A stretch of DNA of 64,000 bases, taken from contig JBJKQU010000167.1 of the NCBI GenBank assembly GCA_046705025.1, forward strand, positions 26,131 through 90,130, written 5' to 3'. The position numbers were made by a program, and so were the translations under genes. Shown one piece after another: positions 36,695 through 46,305 of the stretch. Source of the DNA: Candidatus Kryptoniota bacterium (GTDB lineage Bacteria > Bacteroidota > Ignavibacteria > Kryptoniales > JAKASW01). The number at the start of each line of letters is the position of its first letter. The first letter of the stretch is position 1. The notes under the pieces were generated by a model, which was not told where the DNA came from, did not search any database, and was given only the letters and a program-made list of their open reading frames with translations.

Positions 36695-37720
36695 ATGATT
36701 ACAATGACTGAGTATCAGAAAAAGACAGGGTTCCCGACCGTGCGCATGCGCCGGCTGAGGATGACCGAAACTATCCGTGAAATGGTGCGAGAGACGGTGC
36801 TGCATCCGTCGGACTTCATCTACCCAATGTTCGTGGTGCCCGGCGAGAACGTGCGGAAGGAGATTTCTTCCATGCCGAACGTGTTTCAACTTTCGATAGA
36901 TAGCCTGGTTCGTGAATGCGAAGGGGTTCTGAAAGCCGGCGTGAAGTCGATTATCCTTTTCGGTGTGCCTTCTCATAAGGACGAATATGGCTCCGAGGCT
37001 TACGATGAGAACGGGATCATCCAGCAAGCCATCCGCGAGCTGAAGAAGCAGCTTCCCGATCTCTTCATTATCACGGATGTGTGTCTTTGCGAATACACAT
37101 CTCATGGACATTGCGGGGTATTGAAAGAGATCGCGCCCGGACAGGTTGAGATCCTTAACGATGAGACACTGGACCTTCTCGCCAAGGAATCCTTGACACA
37201 CGTTCAGGCAGGTGCTGACATGGTAGCGCCCAGCGATATGATGGACGGAAGAGTCGCCGCCATCAGAAATCTTCTCGACGAGAACGGATTCGCCAACACA
37301 CCGATAATGAGCTATGCCGCTAAGTACGGCTCCGGTTTTTACGGACCGTTCAGAGAGGCAGCTGAATCGACACCGCAGTTCGGCGACCGTAAGAGTCATC
37401 AGATGGATCCGGCGAACAGCAATGAGGCAGTGCGCGAAGTAGCGCTCGACATCGACGAAGGTGCGGACATCGTCATGGTGAAGCCGGCGCTGGCGTATCT
37501 GGATGTGATCTACCGCGTGAAGAGCGAGTTCAAAATGCCGACGGCCGCCTACCAGGTCAGCGGGGAATATGCGATGATCAAGGCAGCGGTGCGGAACGGC
37601 TGGCTGGATGAAGAGAGAATCATGATGGAGACGCTTACTGCGATAAAGCGCGCCGGTGCCGATCTGATTCTCACATATTACGCTGTCGATGCGGCGAAGC
37701 TGCTTCGAACCAGAATATAG
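36695..37720 (+). CDS. hemB: porphobilinogen synthase (delta-aminolevulinate dehydratase), Zn type
   Basis: 341-aa ORF; RMRRLR, Cys-rich metal site [14 protein letters not shown], active-site MVKPA. Confidence 0.95.
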   Translation: MITMTEYQKKTGFPTVRMRRLRMTETIREMVRETVLHPSDFIYPMFVVPGENVRKEISSMPNVFQLSIDSLVRECEGVLKAGVKSIILFGVPSHKDEYGSEAYDENGIIQQAIRELKKQLPDLFIITDVCLCEYTSHGHCGVLKEIAPGQVEILNDETLDLLAKESLTHVQAGADMVAPSDMMDGRVAAIRNLLDENGFANTPIMSYAAKYGSGFYGPFREAAESTPQFGDRKSHQMDPANSNEAVREVALDIDEGADIVMVKPALAYLDVIYRVKSEFKMPTAAYQVSGEYAMIKAAVRNGWLDEERIMMETLTAIKRAGADLILTYYAVDAAKLLRTRI

Positions 37721-37957
37721 TTCCTGAACGCCAAACTCCGAATGAAGCCGTGTGCCTGCGTCGCTTTACTCCGAGTTCCCGGCAGCTTCGGCTCCTTCAA
37801 TTACAGGCAGTCTTCATCCGGATCTTTCGCGATCTGGTTTCGGGGCTCCGTCTAGCAAGCCGGACTTTGTTACCGTTATTTTGGGGTAAGCCGCTTCTTG
37901 AGGGAATAAAGAGGTTTGGGTTGCTTATTCGCGGAGAATTAGCGATGATATGGTGGT

Positions 37958-38283
37958 ATGAATCCAATACTTCACCGAATCGTCGATTTGGTCCAGAGAG
38001 GTGAGGTAAAGATATCAAGTCAAGGCTGCGACGAGCTAGCTGCAGACGGTATACTTATCAGAAACATAATCACAGGACTTGAGGCCGCCATCGTCGTTGA
38101 GGAGTATCTCAATTTTCCGAAAGGGCGCGTGGATTAGTCTTGGAGAAAGACGGTCATGGTAATCCAATCCATACAGTCGGGGGGATTCCCAGAAATTTCC
38201 CGTCGCCCGCGGTTTTGGTTAAGGGATATCGCCCGAACCCGTCGCAATGGGCTTATGATCTTATAAGGAGGACAGCGAGATGA
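37958..38283 (+). pseudogene. frameshifted DUF4258-like toxin gene
   Basis: Frame A (37958-38137) gives MNPILHRIVDLVQRGEVKISSQGCDELAADGILIRNIITGLEAAIVVEEYLNFPKGRVD*. A second frame, open from 38101, continues GLVLEKDGHGNPIHTVGGIP...VLVKGYRPNPSQWAYDLIRRTAR*. Together they give a full-length DUF4258-like protein, so an indel lies within 38101-38134. Its TGA overlaps the next ATG (ATGA). Confidence 0.6.
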
Positions 38284-38495
38284 GCAACAGACCTGGCACT
38301 AAATTAGTCCTCAAGGGTAAGTATGTAGCCGAGGTGGACGTGGAATTGATAGAGACGAATGAAGGCTGGTCCCCCTATTTATCAATGGAGGATGCGAACA
38401 AGCTTGACGATGTTCGCGAGGCCTTGCACGCTGGGGATTTGCGAAAGGCTTCCCAGAACTCTCGAGTGTACGAACTCATTCCGATTGTTCGGTAG
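38280..38495 (+). CDS. small antitoxin-like protein (partner of the DUF4258-like gene)
   Basis: 71-aa ORF, ATGA-coupled to the disrupted toxin frame; no family assigned with confidence. Confidence 0.5.
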   Translation: MSNRPGTKLVLKGKYVAEVDVELIETNEGWSPYLSMEDANKLDDVREALHAGDLRKASQNSRVYELIPIVR

Positions 38496-38530
38496 ACTTT
38501 GCCTGGTTTTCGAAAACTACGTAACGTGTA

Positions 38531-39520
38531 ATGGGCGTGCCACGGATTTTCGTCACCGGGGCCAACGGGCTGATCGGATCAAATCTTTGTCACAAGCTGA
38601 CCGAGCGTGGTTACGACGTGGTCGGCCTCGTGCGCGGGAAGTCCAACCTGCTCGGACTCGAAGGCTTCAAGGGCAGGCTCGTCCGGGGTGACATCCTTGA
38701 TGAGGCCGGTCTTACCGTAGCCATGGAAGGCACTGACTACGTGTTTCACACCGCAGGGCTGGTCAGTTTCGACAACCGCAGGCGCGAGGAGCTTCTTCGA
38801 TTGAATATCGAAGGCGTGCACATTGTTGTCGAGGCAGCATTGAAGGCCGGAGTGAAGAGGCTGGTCCACACAAGTTCTGTAGCGGCGATCGGCATCCCGG
38901 AGGAGGGCGATGTGGCCGACGAGAGCGTGGAGTATAACCGCTTCAAGAACAACGTGGCCTACAGCGACAGCAAGCATTTCGGTGAGGTCGAAATAATGAA
39001 AGGGGTTGAGCGCGGGCTCGACGCAGTGATCGTGAACCCGGGCTCCATCATCGGAGAGAGAGACGTGTATTTCCATTCCGGGATTCTGCTCAAAGTGCTG
39101 AAGGGTATGAAGGTGGTTCCCTACGTCTCGGGCGGGATGTGCGTGGTTGGAGTGGACGACGTGGTCGATGGGGAAATAGCGGCCCTGCAATCCGGGAAGA
39201 CCGGGGAAAAATACATCCTGGGGAGCGAGAATATCACATTCAAAGAGCTCTTCGGGCAGATTTGCAGTGTTGTCGGCGCACCTGCACCGTCGCTATACGT
39301 TCCGGTTTGGATGGCCCGCTCGACGGCGGCTGTTATGGAACTTCTCTCGAGTATCACCGGGAAACCGCCCGTCCTGACAAAGGCACACGTTGTAAGCGCG
39401 ACGCTGCCTCACTATTTTTCATCTGAGAAGGCCAAACGCGAGCTTGGCTACAAACCGCTTCCCATCATGGATGCGATAAAGAAGGCTTACGAGTGGTATC
39501 TTGAAAACGGCCTGATGTAG
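38531..39520 (+). CDS. NAD-dependent epimerase/dehydratase family protein
   Basis: 329-aa ORF; IFVTGANGLIGSNLCHKL Rossmann motif, YSDSK catalytic YxxxK. Confidence 0.85.
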   Translation: MGVPRIFVTGANGLIGSNLCHKLTERGYDVVGLVRGKSNLLGLEGFKGRLVRGDILDEAGLTVAMEGTDYVFHTAGLVSFDNRRREELLRLNIEGVHIVVEAALKAGVKRLVHTSSVAAIGIPEEGDVADESVEYNRFKNNVAYSDSKHFGEVEIMKGVERGLDAVIVNPGSIIGERDVYFHSGILLKVLKGMKVVPYVSGGMCVVGVDDVVDGEIAALQSGKTGEKYILGSENITFKELFGQICSVVGAPAPSLYVPVWMARSTAAVMELLSSITGKPPVLTKAHVVSATLPHYFSSEKAKRELGYKPLPIMDAIKKAYEWYLENGLM

Positions 39521-39569
39521 GATCGGAGCTGGCCAGCCAAGGCTGCTGAGAAACATCTAAGAAGAGGTA

Positions 39570-40871
39570 GTGATGAAGAAACTCAATACAAAGACAAGCT
39601 CGAAGCTCTATTCGGAAGCAAAGAAATATATGCCAGGCGGGGTCAACTCTCCGGTTCGCGCATTCAAATCGGTGGGCGGCGATCCGTTGTTCATCGACAA
39701 GGCAAAGGGCCAATACATATATGACGTCGACGGGAACAAGTTTATAGACTACATCGGCTCATGGGGACCTATGATCCTCGGGCACGCGTATCCGGATGTG
39801 ATTGCGGCGGTGAAGGCAACTGCGGTAAAAGGGACCAGTTTCGGCGCGCCTACTCCGTACGAAGTCGAAATGGCGAAGCTCGTCAGGAAGATGATGCCTT
39901 CCGTCGAAGTCGTCCGGATGGTCAACAGCGGAACCGAGGCGACGATGAGCGCGGTCAGAGTCGCACGTGCGTTTACCCGTCGAGAGAAGATAGTGAAGTT
40001 CGCCGGTTGTTACCACGGGCATTTCGACAGCTTCCTCATCAGGGCCGGCTCAGGCGCGACGACGTTTGGGCAGCCCGATTCGCCCGGCGTGCCCGGAGCG
40101 CTCGCGGCGAAGACTTTAGTTGCCGATTTCAACGACATTGCATCCGTGGAACGTCTCTTCAAAGACAATGAAGGCGAGATTGCCGCTGTGATAGTGGAGC
40201 CGGTCGTCGGTAACATGGGCGTAGTCTTACCGGAAGACGGCTTTCTCAACTCTCTCTTGGATCTCGCGCACTCGAGCGGAGCGCTTCTCATACTCGACGA
40301 AGTAATGACGGGCTTTCGGCTTTCCCGTGGCGGTGCACAAGAATTGTTCGGAATTAAGCCCGACCTGACGACGTTTGGCAAGATAATCGGTGCCGGACTT
40401 CCCGTCGGAGCTTACGGGGGACGGGAAGACATAATGCGGACGGTTTCCCCTGACGGCCCTGTCTACCAGGCAGGAACGCTTTCAGGCAACCCGCTTGCTA
40501 TGGCCGCGGGACTTGCACAGTTAAAGGTTCTCGACAGGCAAAGGGGCCTGTACAGGCAGCTGGAAAATAACGGGAGGTTACTCGAGTCCGGAGTGAAAAA
40601 GAACATCAAGAAACTTGGCCTGAGTTATAGGATCAATCGTGCAGGGTCGATGTTCACATTGTTCTTCACAAATCAGGATGTTCGCGATTTTAAATCGGCA
40701 CTCACGAGCGACACGATGAAGTTTTCAAAATACTTCAATGAAATGCTGAAGCGGGGGATCTACCTTCCGCCATCGCAGTTCGAGGCAGCGTTTATTTCAA
40801 CTGCTCACACCGAGCGCGACATAGAGAAAACGATTGCAGCCAACTACGACTCCATGAAAATAGTCGGCTGA
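39570..40871 (+). CDS. hemL: glutamate-1-semialdehyde 2,1-aminomutase
   Basis: 433-aa ORF; GGVNSPVRAF, DEVMTGFR, PLP-lysine context TFGKIIGAGLP. Confidence 0.95.
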   Translation: MMKKLNTKTSSKLYSEAKKYMPGGVNSPVRAFKSVGGDPLFIDKAKGQYIYDVDGNKFIDYIGSWGPMILGHAYPDVIAAVKATAVKGTSFGAPTPYEVEMAKLVRKMMPSVEVVRMVNSGTEATMSAVRVARAFTRREKIVKFAGCYHGHFDSFLIRAGSGATTFGQPDSPGVPGALAAKTLVADFNDIASVERLFKDNEGEIAAVIVEPVVGNMGVVLPEDGFLNSLLDLAHSSGALLILDEVMTGFRLSRGGAQELFGIKPDLTTFGKIIGAGLPVGAYGGREDIMRTVSPDGPVYQAGTLSGNPLAMAAGLAQLKVLDRQRGLYRQLENNGRLLESGVKKNIKKLGLSYRINRAGSMFTLFFTNQDVRDFKSALTSDTMKFSKYFNEMLKRGIYLPPSQFEAAFISTAHTERDIEKTIAANYDSMKIVG

Positions 40872-40905
40872 GTCTTACCAAAGAAAACACTAAGGGATTT
40901 GGAGA

Positions 40906-41610
40906 ATGAATCGGATCAAAGAGTCACTCGTTATCGGTCTAAGCCTGATAGTTGCCGCGGCCGTTTTCGGCATCTTCTTTTATTCCGCACGCTCTTCGCG
41001 GCAGACAATCTACGTCGTCGGAGCCGCGACGGGAAGATTTCAATCCGACGTGGTGAAGTGGCGGATTGCCATTAGCAGGTCGGCAACACCGGGCACGGTG
41101 GACAAGGCCTACGGCCTTCTCAAGGGAGACCTGCACACCGTTACCGCAGAATTGAGGCAGGCCGGGATCAGTGACAGTGATATAACGATTCAGCCCGTGA
41201 ATACTCAGCCCGTATACCGCCGCCAGGGGGAAATGGATTACAACCTTACGCAGTTCATAATCGTTATTTCCCACGATATCCCGATCGTCCAGAAACTCGC
41301 ACTCGACCCGACGACGCTCATCTCGAAGGGGGTAATCGTCCAGTCGTCGGTTCTCGAATACTACTTCTCGAAACTCGCGGACATAAAACAGAAGCTTCTT
41401 TCCGATGCCACCAAAGATGCCATCAGAAGAGCGCAGGCTATTGCCGGCAACACGGGTCTGAAAGTGGGCCACCTGGTCTCGGCTAGGGCTGGAGTGTTTC
41501 AAATTACGGAGCCTTATTCAACTGAAGTCAGCGGATACGGAATTTACAATACCGCTACAAGAGAAAAAGATATAACGGTAACCGTACACTGTACATTCGA
41601 ATTGAATTAA
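40906..41610 (+). CDS. SIMPL (DUF541) domain protein
   Basis: 234-aa ORF; N-terminal anchor then SIMPL-like pattern; assignment from overall pattern only. Confidence 0.65.
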   Translation: MNRIKESLVIGLSLIVAAAVFGIFFYSARSSRQTIYVVGAATGRFQSDVVKWRIAISRSATPGTVDKAYGLLKGDLHTVTAELRQAGISDSDITIQPVNTQPVYRRQGEMDYNLTQFIIVISHDIPIVQKLALDPTTLISKGVIVQSSVLEYYFSKLADIKQKLLSDATKDAIRRAQAIAGNTGLKVGHLVSARAGVFQITEPYSTEVSGYGIYNTATREKDITVTVHCTFELN

Positions 41611-41692
41611 TCTTAAAGAGTTCAAGGCCGATTCCGAGAGGAAGGGGCAAAGCCGCGAAGAAACCGCTGGAACCACCGCAGGGCAAGTAGTG

Positions 41693-41719
41693 AGTAAGTA
41701 GTAAGTAGCCAGTAAGCAG
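41693..41719. repeat. three copies of AGTAAG(T/C)AG giving stop codons in all three plus-strand frames
   Basis: agtaagtag (41693-41701), agtaagtag (41700-41708), agtaagcag (41711-41719), in the intergenic flank of the R-M insert. Confidence 0.5.
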
Positions 41720-41946
41720 CGGGTGGAGGCCGGGAGGCTTCCGCCGACAATATGGTGGCACGGTAATATTCTGCACCCAGCCCTGTTGTCCCCTCCGGTG
41801 GAGGGGATGGATTGACTCCTTCGACAAGGTCTTGGTTGTCACACGCTTTGTAGAAGTAAACTCATTCACCCGAAAAATCGAGGGTCGAGCCTATGAGAGA
41901 ATTAATCATAACAGACAAACAGAAGTAACTGGAAGAGAACTACCCT

Positions 41947-43593
41947 CTACTCATTTTGCCTGCGGGATTTCTTTTGTCTCCTTCGTCCCTCTCGGACCGA
42001 GCTTGCGCCTAGTGTATTCGTAAACAGATCATAATCTTCTTCGCTGAGATTCACCGCCAACCTCGGAAGCAACTCCAACAATTCTCCGGCGCTTGCATTC
42101 GCCAATTCTTTCGGCTCGAGCTTGTGAAGTCCGCCGCCGTAGACTCGGCCTTCGGAGAGCAGCGACTCTGCAGAAATCTTGTTGAGTGCTTCCCAAATGT
42201 TTTTCAGAGAGTTGGGCGCTTCCTTTATGAACCTGTTGAGAGCAGGTTTTGGATAGAGCATCAGGTAAACGTTTGCTACGACTGCTTTGGAACAGTTGAG
42301 TATGAACCTGAACGGACTTTCTCTTTGTCCACCGTTCCTTCCCATGTATGTGCAAAGAAACGGAGCGGGGGCCCTGAACTCCTGTGTGTACCATGGAGAA
42401 CGGTGGCTGCAAATATATGTCTCGTCTGTCTTTCGCTCCACACCGATCTTGTAGTAATCCCACAGGTGTGGGTATCGGTTTTTCACTTCGCTCTCAGGAA
42501 GACTGCAGGAAAGTAGAAAGAGTCGTTGATCGATGACGGGATTACCTCTTTCATCCGTTTCGACGATTTCCTGCCTAAGGTAACGCGGACTTGGGAGGAT
42601 GGGAATCAGGAATTTCTCGGGAAGCCGATGTTCTTTGATTTCTTCAGGGGACAAGATGAAGAAATCATTCGCCCCCGTTGCAAGGCCTCTCTTTATCTCG
42701 AACAGATCGCCTAATCTTACCTTCGTTTCTTCCTTAACCGTTGTCCCGCTAAGCGCGGCCCGGTTCCATTTTGCGGTTTCCCTGAGTCGCGAAGCCGGAA
42801 CGGTCGTGAGAATTTCAGGCTTCGTCAGTGAGCCACCCAACGAGAACTCGACGGTCTGGTTTGCAGGCGGGACAGATTTCCTGAACCAGAGAATGGAAGA
42901 TGAAACCAGGGCATCGTCGAACTGAACGCTCGCCGCATCGAAACGATGGATACGCAGCAAAGTTACCTTGCTCAGAAGGTATTCCTTTACCGCCGTTCCG
43001 TAGTTGACGTCCAGGAATTCGCTGGGAATCAGCCAGCAAGCGTATCCTCCATCTTCAAGCCAGGCATGGGCATACAAAAGGAAGTAGCAGTAGAGTCCCG
43101 CAAGGCCGTTTAGTTTTGTCATCGCTGCGGAGGCGACGAGCTTCTGGAGTTTTCCTTTCCGCTCTGTGGACAGATGATGGTGGCGAACATAAGGCGGGTT
43201 GCAGATGATTAAGTTCGGCTTGTCCTTTGAGGGTAATTTCGCGTCGAAGAAATCCCCGATTTGCAGATTGAGAGGAGACTCTTTCCAGAACTCGATGGCA
43301 TGATTTGCATAATGAGGATCGATTTCTATTCCGAAGGCGCTCTCGATTCTCTTTTCAGGAAACGCACCGAGCAATGCGGAGTAGAACGCCCCAGTTCCGA
43401 AGGCCGGATCAAGAAAGCGGATTTTAAGATTCTTTGGGAGCTCGCTCTTGACAAGCTTCAACATGTCCGAGGCCAGAGCGGAAGGAGTGGCAAATTGGCC
43501 GAGCTTATTCCTCTCTGCGTGGCTCTTCTGTGCATCAAGCCTCTCCTGCGCTCCTACACGGTCTACTTCGAGTATGTGATTCGATGTACTCAC
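41947..43593 (-). CDS. gamma-class N6-adenine DNA methyltransferase (Eco57I/TaqI-like), type II R-M
   Basis: 548-aa ORF; motif X GQFATP, motif I DPAFGTGAF, motif IV NPPY (LIICNPPYVRHHHL). Confidence 0.88.
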   Translation of the reverse strand: MSTSNHILEVDRVGAQERLDAQKSHAERNKLGQFATPSALASDMLKLVKSELPKNLKIRFLDPAFGTGAFYSALLGAFPEKRIESAFGIEIDPHYANHAIEFWKESPLNLQIGDFFDAKLPSKDKPNLIICNPPYVRHHHLSTERKGKLQKLVASAAMTKLNGLAGLYCYFLLYAHAWLEDGGYACWLIPSEFLDVNYGTAVKEYLLSKVTLLRIHRFDAASVQFDDALVSSSILWFRKSVPPANQTVEFSLGGSLTKPEILTTVPASRLRETAKWNRAALSGTTVKEETKVRLGDLFEIKRGLATGANDFFILSPEEIKEHRLPEKFLIPILPSPRYLRQEIVETDERGNPVIDQRLFLLSCSLPESEVKNRYPHLWDYYKIGVERKTDETYICSHRSPWYTQEFRAPAPFLCTYMGRNGGQRESPFRFILNCSKAVVANVYLMLYPKPALNRFIKEAPNSLKNIWEALNKISAESLLSEGRVYGGGLHKLEPKELANASAGELLELLPRLAVNLSEEDYDLFTNTLGASSVREGRRRQKKSRRQNE

Positions 43594-43596
43594 ACT

Positions 43597-44559
43597 CTAA
43601 AGCCCTAGCTTCTCCAGGTCATCGATCCTGTGCTCCCACACCCAGTCTATGCCTTCGGCGGCTTCGTAACCGAGATACCCGCTGTCAAAATAGCCACAGA
43701 GAAAGAGGATGAATTTAACTCCGTTTCCGTAAGTAGAACGCAGCTGCGTAATTTTCGTCGCCTCTTCTTTCCTCCTCTTGTTCGTATTTGTGAAATCACC
43801 CGCAGACTTTGCTTCAATCATGACCGGGAGAGATCCTCCCTTCGCATCCTTCGGCATTATTATTACATCGATTGGAATATTGACCTGCCTCTCGCTGTCT
43901 GGCTGCCTGACAGGAACATTGAACCGGAAAGAAAACATGCCACGAGGGAAATTGTGTATATCATGGTCGTGATTCGAGCCGGAGTATTTGTATCCGCGTT
44001 TCTCAAGCCATGTTTTTATCGAAGCCAGCTGCCGTTTCTCCTGAGCATTCCTGATAATAGGATCCGCAACCGCACCGCAAAGACGATCCGCCACAATTGT
44101 GGAAGCGCGGTAGGTCTCCTTATCAGTAGGAGACCTTTTGGAGTTGAGCCACGGGAAAATATCGTCATCTGCCAGCAACCGAATCACATTGCTGATTCTT
44201 TTTAGTTCGGACTCAATTTCAGCGGTCTTCATCTTGGGAGGAATTCGATTACGGTCTTCCATATTCTTGACAAGATTTGAGGAAACGGCTGCAAGCCCTA
44301 TTAGTCTGTCCCGAGCAATTGGCGGTGCTGTGGCCATACGCAGGATAGGAAGGACCGATGGAGCCTGCTTCAAAACGAGCGGTGCAATATCGGTGAGGTT
44401 TTTCGTGAGCTTAAGAGCGGATCCAACTTGCCTTGTTGTTGCGACCCTCGTTGTCTTATACGCTTTCGGTGCGAATCGCATGAACCATTTGTTATAGAAG
44501 TCAACAGACTTCATTACATCTGATTTCCAGAAATCAGGTTTGTCGGAATTAACTCGCAT
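43597..44559 (-). CDS. type II restriction endonuclease (PD-(D/E)xK; possibly XamI/SalI-like)
   Basis: 320-aa ORF ending 3 nt upstream of the methylase gene; candidate catalytic motif IPIDVII...VMIEAKS (D...EAK). The family guess rests only on size, gene order and recollection. Confidence 0.6.
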   Translation of the reverse strand: MRVNSDKPDFWKSDVMKSVDFYNKWFMRFAPKAYKTTRVATTRQVGSALKLTKNLTDIAPLVLKQAPSVLPILRMATAPPIARDRLIGLAAVSSNLVKNMEDRNRIPPKMKTAEIESELKRISNVIRLLADDDIFPWLNSKRSPTDKETYRASTIVADRLCGAVADPIIRNAQEKRQLASIKTWLEKRGYKYSGSNHDHDIHNFPRGMFSFRFNVPVRQPDSERQVNIPIDVIIMPKDAKGGSLPVMIEAKSAGDFTNTNKRRKEEATKITQLRSTYGNGVKFILFLCGYFDSGYLGYEAAEGIDWVWEHRIDDLEKLGL

Positions 44560-44672
44560 CAGATCGTCCCTGTGATTTTATAATGCAGGCTTTCAAAATA
44601 TAGAAGTGGGCGTTCGAAAAATCAAAACACACCGGCCGTGGGCTTCACTGATTCGATCGAGCTTGCCTATCT

Positions 44673-45290
44673 TCAGATCACTTCCTGTATCCTCTTGAAC
44701 TCTATTGCCCCTTCCCTCAACAGCTCCACTTTTCCCTGCGTTACATCAATGACGGTTGAAGGGACCCGCGAGGCGAGTTCCCCCGCGTCCACGATTAAAT
44801 CGACCGAGTTGAGCACTTTCTTGCTTATGACGCCGATGCTGTCCGGGCTCGGATCGCCGGTCAGATTCGCACTCGTCGAGGTAATAGGAATCCGGCATAT
44901 CGCGAGCAGCTCCCGACAGAATTCGTCGCTCGACAGCCGCAGGCCGATCTTCCCGGAATTGGCGGTCAAAATCGGTGAGACCATCGGCGAGGCTTTGAAT
45001 ACAATGGTAAGGGGACCCGGCCAGAATTTCTTCATCAACGCGGCGGCAAACTCAGGGACTTCCAGAACGAGCTCGTCCATTGCATCCAATCCGGGGATGA
45101 GCACAAGTATAGGATTCGATTTCGGCCTCGACTTGACCTGGTAGACTTTTTCTACCGCTCTAGAATCGAGTGCGTTTGCGCCGAGTCCGTATACCGTCTC
45201 CGTCGGATAAACAATAACTCCTCCGTTCAATATCGTCTGAGCGGCTTGTGTCACGCTGCTCTCCAATTTGGCGCTCACAACCTTGGCCAT
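44673..45290 (-). CDS. tsaC: L-threonylcarbamoyladenylate synthase (YrdC/TsaC type)
   Basis: 205-aa ORF; YPTETVYGLGANA and KSRPKSNPILVLI YrdC-domain motifs. Confidence 0.88.
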   Translation of the reverse strand: MAKVVSAKLESSVTQAAQTILNGGVIVYPTETVYGLGANALDSRAVEKVYQVKSRPKSNPILVLIPGLDAMDELVLEVPEFAAALMKKFWPGPLTIVFKASPMVSPILTANSGKIGLRLSSDEFCRELLAICRIPITSTSANLTGDPSPDSIGVISKKVLNSVDLIVDAGELASRVPSTVIDVTQGKVELLREGAIEFKRIQEVI

Positions 45291-45291
45291 T

Positions 45292-46305
45292 CTATTTCTC
45301 CAGAAGCTCCAGACTCCTCTTAACGATCTCTTCAGGTTTGATTTTCAACATGCATTCGAACGTGTCGATAGGACAGCGGTGCCCGCCGTGCAGCGTGCAA
45401 GGTCTGCATGCCAGGCCGTTTGTTTCCACGACCACCGACCTTTCATGGTATGGGAAGAAACCGAATTCTTTAACGGTCGGACCGAAAATGGCAACTGTCG
45501 GTACGTTAAACGCAGAGGCGATGTGAATCGGGGCGGAATCGTTAGCTATCAGCAATGAGGCCCGCCTTATGATCTCGGCCGACGTCATCACCGGAAATTT
45601 CCCTACAGCGGAGACAACGCCACGGCCGATTCCGCCGAAATGTTCGACCAAACCAACGTCTTTCTCTCCACCAATGAGTATAACACCGGCAAACTTCTTG
45701 AGCAATCTACCCGCAACCTCCGACATCATCTCTACCGGATACCGTTTCGTCTCCCAAACGGTACCCGGGGCGATGACGGCGTAGGGCGGAGATATTCTGT
45801 TCTCGGCGAGAAAGACATCAATCGCCCTCCTGTCTTCATCTCCCGGGAAGAGTCTCGGCACCTCTCCGGCCGCATTGATTCCGAGCGGCGAAAGAAGTGA
45901 AAGATTGCGCTCGACATCATGAATGCCGAGCTTCCAGGGCACCAGATCTGTGAAAAATACCCTCAAAGCAGAATTATCGAATCCCACCCTTACTTCGGCA
46001 CCCGTCCAGAGCGACAGCAGCCCGCTTCGAAGTGAGCGGTGCGGGCAGAGGACGACATCGTAATTCCTCCTGCGAAGCCCCTTCGCGAATGCTATTAGAG
46101 AAGCGACGGATTTCTGTTTCCCCCGCTTGTCGAAGACCAGCAGTTCCGAGACATCCGGGTGGCTTCTCAGGATGTCAGCCGTGTCGGGGATCGCCACGAA
46201 ATCGATTTCGGACTCGGGCCTGGTCTCTTTCAACACCTGCACCAGGGGAAGAGTAAGTATAACGTCTCCAAGGAATGCGGTTTGGATAACGAGAACCCGC
46301 TTCAT
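45292..46305 (-). CDS. glycosyltransferase family 9 (LPS heptosyltransferase-like)
   Basis: Start set at MKRVLVIQTAFLGDVILTLP (ATGA overlap with the upstream stop); GT9 motifs including IANDSAPIHIASA. Confidence 0.8.
   Translation of the reverse strand: MKRVLVIQTAFLGDVILTLPLVQVLKETRPESEIDFVAIPDTADILRSHPDVSELLVFDKRGKQKSVASLIAFAKGLRRRNYDVVLCPHRSLRSGLLSLWTGAEVRVGFDNSALRVFFTDLVPWKLGIHDVERNLSLLSPLGINAAGEVPRLFPGDEDRRAIDVFLAENRISPPYAVIAPGTVWETKRYPVEMMSEVAGRLLKKFAGVILIGGEKDVGLVEHFGGIGRGVVSAVGKFPVMTSAEIIRRASLLIANDSAPIHIASAFNVPTVAIFGPTVKEFGFFPYHERSVVVETNGLACRPCTLHGGHRCPIDTFECMLKIKPEEIVKRSLELLEK

Noticed and set aside
38359-38691. 110-aa plus-strand ORF spanning the antitoxin-like gene and the epimerase start
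   Set aside because: It is out of frame with both neighbours and Arg-rich. The epimerase N-terminus (IFVTGANGLIGS) fixes the real frame.
41627-41665. GGAAGGGGCAA string reminiscent of the glycine-riboswitch core
   Set aside because: This is an isolated partial match without the other conserved aptamer elements. There is no downstream plus-strand gene to regulate.
41756-41775. TGGCACGGTAATATTCTGCA as a sigma-54 promoter
   Set aside because: The spacing between GG and GC is wrong (N9 rather than N5 before the TGC). No plus-strand gene follows.
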